Shown piece by piece: positions 56,091 to 64,000 of a stretch of DNA of 64,000 nt. The translations under genes were made by a program, and so were the position numbers. Position 1 is the first letter of the stretch. Every line of letters starts with the position of its first letter. The notes under the pieces are model-generated. The model worked only from the letters and a program-made list of their open reading frames with translations. It had not been told where the DNA came from and ran no database searches. The stretch is from the human T2T-CHM13v2.0 reference genome, Homo sapiens, in assembly GCF_009914755.1 (NCBI RefSeq), contig NC_060945.1. One strand, written 5' to 3'.

Positions 56091-59000
56091 CAACGGAATC
56101 AACCCGAGTAGAATGGAATGGAAAGAAATGGAATGAAATGGATTGGAAAGGAATGGAATGGAATCAACACGAATGGAATGGAATGGAATGGAAAGGAATG
56201 AATGGAATGGAATGGAATGGTAGGGAATCAACACGAGTGGAATGGAATGGAATGGAATGGAATGGAATGCTATGCAATCAACAGGAGTGTAATGGAAATG
56301 AATGGAATGGAATGGAATGGAATGGAATGGAATAGAATGGAATAAACCAGAATGGAATGGAATGGAATGGATTGGAATGGAATGGAAGGGATTGGAATGC
56401 TATGCAATCAACAGGAGTGTAATGGAAATGAATAGAATGGAATGGAATGTAATGGAATGGAATGGAGTGGAATGGAAGGCAATGCCATGGAATGGAATGG
56501 AATGTAATGGAATGGAATGGAACGGAATGGAATTGAATGGCATGGAATGAACCCGACTGGAATGGAATGCAATGGAATGGAATGGAATGGAATGGAATGG
56601 AATGGAATGGAATGGAATGGAATCAACCCGAATGGAATGGAATGGAATGGAATGGAGTGGAATGGAATGGAATTGAATGGAATGGAATAGAATGGAATGG
56701 AAAGGAATCAACCCGAATTGAATGGAATGGAATGGAATGGAATGGAATGGAATGGAATGGAATCGAATGGAATGGAATGGAATCAACCCGAGTGGAATGG
56801 AATGGAATGGAATGGAATGGAATCAACCTGAATGGAATGGAATGGAATGGAATGGAAAGGAATGGAATGGAATGGAATGGAATGGAATGGAATAGAATGG
56901 AATCAACAAGAATGGGATGGAATAGAATGGAATGGAATGGAATGGAAAGGAATCCTATTGAATCAACCCGAGTGTAATGGAAAAGAATGGAATGGAATGG
57001 AATGGAACGGAATGCAATGGAATGGAATCAAACCAAGTGCAATGGAATGGAATAGAATGCAACGGAACCAACCCGAGTGGAATGGAATAGAAAGGCATGC
57101 AATGGAATGGAATGGAAAGCAGTGGAATGGAATCAACCCGACTGGAATGGAATGGAATGGAAAGGAATGAAGGGAATGGAATGGAATGGGAAGGTATGGA
57201 ATCAACCCGAGTGGAATGGAATGGAATGGAATGGAATGGAATGGAATGGAGTGCAATGGAATGGAATGGAATGGAATGGAGTGGAATGGAATGGAGTGGA
57301 ATGGAATGGAGTGGAATCGAGTGGAATGGAATGGAATGGAGTGGAATGGAAGGCAATGAAATTTTATGGAATGGAATAGAAAGGAGCGGAACAGAATGGA
57401 ATTGAATGGCATGGAATGGACCCGAATGCAATGGAATGGAATGGAATGGAATGGAATGGAATGGAATGGAATCAACCCGAATGGAATGGAATGGAATGGA
57501 ATGGAATGGAATTAAATGGAAAGGAACGGAATGGAATCAACACGAGTGGAATGAAATGGAATGGAATGGAATGGAATGGAATGGAATGGAATGGAATCAA
57601 TCCGAGTGGAATGGAACGGAATGGAATGGAATGCAATGGAATGGAATGGAAAGGAATGGAATGGAGTGGAATGGAAGGCAAGGCAATGGAATGGAATGGA
57701 ATGGAACGGAATGGAATTCAATGGCATGGAATGAACCCGACTGGAATGGAATGCAATGGAATGGAATGGAATGGAATGGAATGGAATGGAATGGAATGGA
57801 ATCAACCCGAATGGAATGGAATGGAATGGAATGGAGTGGAATGGAATGGAATTGAATGGAATGGAATGGAATGGAAAGGAATCAACCCGAATGGAATAGA
57901 ATGGAATGGAAAGGAATGTAATGGAATGGAATGGAATGGAATGGAATGGAATGGAATGGAATGGAATGGAATCAACCCGAGTGGAATGGAATGGAATGGA
58001 ATTCAATGGAATGGAATGGAATGGGATGGTAAGTAATCAACCTGAGTGGAATATTATCGAATGAAATGGACTGGAATGGGACGGTATGGAATCAACCCGA
58101 GTGGAATATTATCGAATGAAATGGAATGGAACGGAATGGAATGGAATAAAATGTAATGGAATGGAATGGAATCAACCGGAGTGCAATGGAATAGAATGGA
58201 ATAAAATGGAATGGAATGGAATTAAATGGAAAGGAATGGAATGGAATCAACACGAGTGGAATGGAATGGAATGGAATGGAAGGGAATAGAATGGAATGGA
58301 ATGGAATCAACCGGAGTGCAATGGAATGGAATGGAATAAAATGGAATGGAATGGAATTAAATGGAAAGGAACGGAATGGAATCAACACGAGTGGAATGGA
58401 ATGGAATGGAATGGAATGGAATGGAATGGAATGGAATCAATCCGAGTGGAATGGAATGGAATGGAATGCAATGGAATGAAACGGAATATAATGGAATGGA
58501 ATGGAAACATCCCGAGTGGAATGGAATGGTATGGAATGCAATGGAACGGAATGGAACAGAACGGAATGGAATGGAATGGAATAGATTGAATCAGAGAGGA
58601 ATTGAATGGAGAGGAATGGAATGGAATGGAATGCAATGGATTCAACTCTAGTTGAATATCATGGATTGGAAAGGAATGGAATGGAATGGAATGGAAGGGA
58701 ATGGAATGGAATGGAGTGGAATGGAATAGAATCAACTCGAGTGCAATGGAATGTAATGGAATGGAGTGGAATGGAATGGAATGCAATGAAATGGAAAGGA
58801 ATGCTATGGAATCAACCCGAGTGTAATGGAAATGAATGGAATGGAATTGAATAGAAAGGAATGAATGGAATGGAATGGAATGGAATGGAATGGAATGGAA
58901 TGGAATGGTATGGAATCAACCCGAGTGGAATGGAAAGGACTGGAATGGAATAGAATGGAATGGAATGGAATGGAATGCAACGGAATCAACCCGAGTAGAA

Positions 59001-62000
59001 TGGAATGGAAAGAAATGGAATGAAATGGAATGGAAAGGAATGGAATGGAATCAACACGAATGGAATGGAATGGAATGGAAAGGAATGAATGCAATGGAAT
59101 GGAATGGAATGGAATGGTAGGGAATCAACCCGAGTGGAATGGAATGGAATGGAATGGAATTGAATGGAATGGAATCCAGCCGAATGGGATGGAATGCAAT
59201 GGAATGGAATGGAATAGAATCAACCCGAATGGAATGGAACGGAATGGAATGAAAAGGAATGGAATGGAAAGGAATGGAATGGAATAGAATGGAATAAACC
59301 AGAATGGAATGGAATGGAATGGATTGGAATGGAATGGAATGGAATGGAATGCTATGGAATCAACAGGAGTGTAATGGAAATGAATGGAATGGAAAGGAAT
59401 GGAATGGAATGGAATAAACCCAAGTGCAATGGAATGGAATAGAATGCAATGGAATCAACCCAAGTGGAATGGAATAGAAATGCATGCAATGGAATGGAAT
59501 GGAAAGCAAAGGAATGGAATCAACCCGACTGGAATGGAATGGAATGGAAAGGAATGAAGGGAATGGAATGGAATGGAATGGAAAGGTATGGAATCAAGTC
59601 GAGTGGAATGGAATGGAATGGAATGGAATGGAATGGAATGGAGTGGAATGGAAGGCAAGGCAATGGAATGGAATGGAATGGAATGGAACGGAACGGAATG
59701 GAATTGAATGGCATGGAATGAACCCGACTGGAATGGAATGCAATGGAATGGAATGGAATGGAATGGAATGGAATGGAATGGAATGGAATGGAATAGAATC
59801 AAATCGAATGGAATGGAATGGAATGGAGTGGAATGGAATGGAATTGAATGGAATGGAATGGAATGGAAAGGAATCAACCTGGATGGAATGGAATGGAATG
59901 GAATGGAATGGAAAGGAATCAACCCGAGTGGAATGGAATGGAATGGAATTCAATGGAATGAAATGGAATGGGATGGTATGGAATCAACCCGAGTGGAATA
60001 TTATCGAATGAAATGGAATGGAATGGGATGGTATGGAATCAACCCGAGTGGAATATTATCGAATTAAATGGAATGGAACGGAATGGAATGGAATAAAATG
60101 CAATGGAATGGAATGGAATCAACCAGAGTGGAATGGAATATAATGGAATGGAATGGAATTAAATCGAGAGGAACAGAATGGAATCAACACGAGTGGAATG
60201 GAATGGAATGGAATGGAATGGAATCAACCCGAGTGGAATGGAATGGAATGGAATGCAATGGAATGAAGCGGAATATAATGCAATGGAATGGAAACATCCC
60301 GAGTGGAATGGAATGGTATGGAATGCAACGGAACGGAATGGAACAGAACGGAATGGAATGGAACGGAATAGATTGAATCAGAAAGGAATTGAATGCAGAG
60401 GAATGGATTGGAATGGAATGCAATGGATTCAACCCTAGTTGAATGTCATGGATTGGAAAGGAATGGAATGGAACGGAATGGAATGGAATGGAGTGGAATG
60501 GAATGGAACGGAGTGGAATGAAATGGTGTGGAATCAACACGAATGGAAAGGAACGAAATGGAATGGAATGGAATGGAATGGAATGGAATGGAATGGAAAC
60601 AACACGAATAGAATGGAACGGAATAGAATGGAATGCTGTGGAATGGAATGGAATGGAAAGGAATCAACCCGAGTGGAATGAAATGGAATGTAATGCAATG
60701 GAATGGAGCGGAATCAACCTGAGTCAAATGCAATGGAATGGAATGGAATGGAGTGGAATGGAATGGAATGGAATGGAATGGAGTGGAATGGAATGGAATG
60801 GAATGGAATGGAATGGAATGGAATGGAACGGAATGGAATCCAATGGAATCAACTGGAATGGAATAGCACAGAATGGAATGGAATGGAATGGAATCAATCC
60901 GGGTGGAATGGAATGGAATGTATGGAGTGGAATGGAATGGAATGGAGTGGAATGGAATGGAATGGAATGCAGCGGAATTTAATGGAACGGAATCAACCCG
61001 AATGGAATGGAATGGAATGGAGTGGAAAGGAATGGAATGGAATGGAATGGAATGGAATGGAATGGAATGGAATGGAATCAACCTGAATAGGATGGAATGG
61101 AATGGAATGGAATGGAATGGAATACAATGGAATGCTATGGAATAAACCCGAGTGTAATGGAAATGCATGGAATGGAATGGAATGGAATGAAATGGAATGG
61201 AATGGAATGGAATCAACCCAAGTGCAATGGAATGGAATGGAATGCAATGGTATCAACCCGAGTGGAATGGAATGGAAAGGAATGAAATGAAATGGAATGG
61301 AAAGGAATGGAATGGAATCAACCCGAATGGAATGGAATGGAATGGAATGGAAAGTAAAGAATGGAATGGAATGGAATGGATTGGAATGGAATGGTATGGA
61401 ATCAACCCGAGTGGAATGGAATGGACAGGAATGGAATAGAATGGAATGGGATGGAATGGAATGCAATGGAATGGAAAGGAATGGTACGGAATGGAACGGA
61501 ATGGAATAGAATGAACACGAATGGAATGGAATGGAAAGGAATGGATTGGAATGGAATGGAATGGAATCAACCCGAGTGGAACGGAATGTAATGAAATGGA
61601 GTGGAATGGAAAGGAATGGAATGGAATGGAATGAACACGAATGGAATGGAATGGAATGGAATGGAATGGAATGGAATGGAATGGTATGGAATCAACCCGA
61701 GTGGAATGGAATGGACAGGAATGGAATAGAATGGAATGGGATGGAATGGAATGCAATGGAATGGAATGGAATAGAAAGGAATGGTACGGAATGGAACGGA
61801 ATGGAATAGAATGAACACGAATGGAATGGAATGGAAAGGAATGGATTGGAATGGAATGGAATGGAATCAACCCGAGTGGAACGGAATGTAATGGAATGGA
61901 GTGGAATGGAATGGAATGGAATGGAATGGAATGGAATGGAATCAACACGAATGGAATGGAATGGCATGGAATGGAAGGGAATGGAATGAAATGGAATCAA

Positions 62001-63000
62001 CCCTAGTGGAATGGAATGGAATGGAGTTTAATGGAATGGAATAGAATAGATTGGTATGGAATCAACCCGAGAGGAATGGTATGGAATGGAATGCAATGGA
62101 ATGGAATGGAATGCAACAAAATGGAATGGAATGGAATGGTATCAACCCGTGTGGAAGGGAATGGAATGGAATGGAATCAACCGGAGTGGAATGGAATGGA
62201 ATGGAGTGGAATGGAATGGAATGCAATGAAATGGAAAGGAACGGAATTTAATCACCCCGAGTGGAATGGAATAGAATGGAATGGAAAGGAATGGAATCAA
62301 CCCGAGTGGAATGGAATGGAATGGAATGGAATGGAATGCAATGGAATCAACCAGAGTGGAAAGGAATAGAATGGAATGGATTATAATGCAATGGAATGGA
62401 ATCAATCCTGGTGGAATGGAACGGAATGGCATGGAGTGGAATGGAACGGAATGGAATGGAATGGAATGGAATGGAATGGAATGGAATGGAAAGGAATCAA
62501 CCCGAAAGGAATGGAATGGAATGAAATGGAAAGGAATGGAATGCAATGGATTGGAATGGAATGAAATGGATTCAACCCGAATGGAATGGAATGGAATGGA
62601 ATGGAATGGAATGTTATATAATCAACACGAGTGGAATGAAATGAATGGAAAGAAATGGAATGGAATGCAATGGAATGGAATGGAATGGAATGGAATGGAA
62701 TCAACCCGAATGGAATTGAATGGAAAGGAATGGAATGGAATGGATTGGAATGGAATGGAATGGAATGGAATGGAATGGAGTGGAATGGAATGGAATGGAA
62801 TCATCCCGAGTGGAATGGAATGGTATGGAATGTAATGGAATGGAATGGAACAGAACGGAAAGGAATGGAATGGAATAGATTGAATCTGAGAGGAATTGAC
62901 TGGAGTGGAATGGATGGAAATGGAATGCAAGGGATTCAACCCAGTTGAATGTCATGGATTGGAAAGGAGTGGAATGGAATGGAATGGAAAGGTGTGGAAT
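56090..63000 (+). repeat. Block copy D (partial; equivalent to A ~25.94-33.2 kb)
   Basis: GGTAGGGAATC ~56219, TCCTATTGA 56953, AGGCAATGAAATTTTAT 57351, CCAGCCG 59176, AAATCGAGAG 60161, AAAGTAAAGA 61351, ATCACCCCGA 62251 and TGAATCTGAG 62881 occur in the same order as in A. Confidence 0.85.
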
Positions 63001-64000
63001 GGAATGGAATGGAATCAACACGAATGGAATGGAACGGAATGGAATGGAATGGAATGGAATGGAATGGAATGGAAACAACACGAATGGAATGGAACGGAAC
63101 GGAATGCAATGGAATGCTGTGGAATGCAATGAAATAAACACGAATAGAATTGACCGGAATGGAACGGAATGGAATGGAATGGAATGGAATGCAGTGGAAT
63201 GGCATGAAATGGAAAGGAACGGAATGGAATTAACCCGAGTGGAATGGAATGGAATGGAAAGGAATCAACCCGAGTGGAATGAAATGGAATGTAATGCAAT
63301 GGAATGGAGCAGAATCAATCTGAGTCTAATGCAATGGAATGGAAGGGAATGGAGTGGAATGGAATGGAATGGAATGGAATGGAATGGAATGGAATGGAAC
63401 GGAATAGAATCCAATGGAATCAACTGGGATGGAATAGCATAGAATGGAATGGAATGGAATGAAATCAATCCGGGTAGAATGGAATGGAATGTATGGAGTG
63501 GAATGGAATGGAATGGAGTGGAATGGAATGGAATGGTATGGAATCAACCCGAGTGGAATGGAATTGAATGGAATTCAATGGAATGAAACGGAATATAATG
63601 GAATGGATTGGAAACATCCCGAATGGAATGGAATGGTATGGAATGCAATGGAAAAGAATGGAAAAGAACGGAATGCAATGGAACGGAATAAATTGAATCA
63701 GAGAGGAATTCAATGGAGAGGAATGGACTGCAATGGAATGCAATGGATTCAAACCTAGTTGAATATTATGGATTGGAAAGGAATGGAATGGAATGCAGTG
63801 GAATGGAATGGAGTGGAATCAACACGAATGGAATGGAACGGAATGGAATGGAATGGAATGGAATGGAATGGAATGGAATGGAACGGAATGGAATGGAAAA
63901 AACACGAATAGAATGGAACGGAATGGAATGGAATGCTGTGGAATGGAATGGAATGGAATGAAATAAACACGAATAGAATGGAATGGAATGGAATGCAATG

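Larger units (their letters stand above)
1..64000 (+). repeat. Human Satellite III (HSat3) array: (GGAAT)n with interspersed CAACCCGA(G/A)T decamers; G-rich strand is +
   Basis: GGAAT pentamers dominate every line. CAACCCGAGT/CAACCCGAAT and variants (CAACACGA, CAACTCGA, CAACCTGA, CAACCCAA, CATCCCGA) recur every few tens to hundreds of bp, matching the classical Sat III consensus CAACCCGA(G/A)T(GGAAT)n. The HSat2-type pattern rich in TCGAAT/ATCATCGAAT is not dominant. No unique-sequence interruption and no strand switch were seen. Confidence 0.97.

Noticed and set aside
201-63780. CRISPR-like arrangement of a palindromic repeat separated by variable spacers
   Set aside because: Spacing is irregular and hundreds to thousands of bp, the intervening DNA is the satellite itself, there are no cas genes, and the context is eukaryotic heterochromatin.
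13-63970. Hundreds of ORFs, including 495 aa (22650-24137, -) and 503 aa (37034-38545, -)
   Set aside because: (GGAAT)n and (ATTCC)n contain no stop codon in any frame, so long overlapping ORFs are expected. The products are pure MEWNG/FHSIP repeats with no domain, frame preference or codon structure.
1-64000. HSat2, alpha satellite/CENP-B boxes, telomeric repeats, or a strand inversion
   Set aside because: There is no ATCATCGAAT-dominated pattern, no 171-bp monomer and no TTAGGG run. No CATTC-oriented tract was seen on the + strand.

Overview
The whole 64-kb window is one uninterrupted, single-orientation block of primate (human-type) Satellite III (HSat3). The + strand is (GGAAT)n, interspersed with the diagnostic decamer CAACCCGA(G/A)T and a small set of recurring divergent modules. 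I see no protein-coding gene, RNA gene, transposon or CRISPR array. Every ORF in the track is the obligatory translation of the pentamer (MEWNG on +, FHSIP on -). The informative content is architectural. (i) An irregular mosaic spans ~1-13.8 kb. (ii) Three tandem copies of a ~3.64-3.81-kb higher-order unit span ~13.8-25.05 kb and end in a 0.6-kb local duplication. (iii) Four related copies (A-D) of an ~11-12-kb block span ~25.1-63.0 kb, and their duplication and deletion history can be read from shared variants. (iv) A ~110-bp module recurs about 35-40 times and carries a 7-bp inverted repeat derived from the HSat3 decamer. I found no new protein-based system. Boundaries and counts were made by eye from marker k-mers and are approximate. 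The chromosome and HSat3 subfamily cannot be assigned from the sequence alone.
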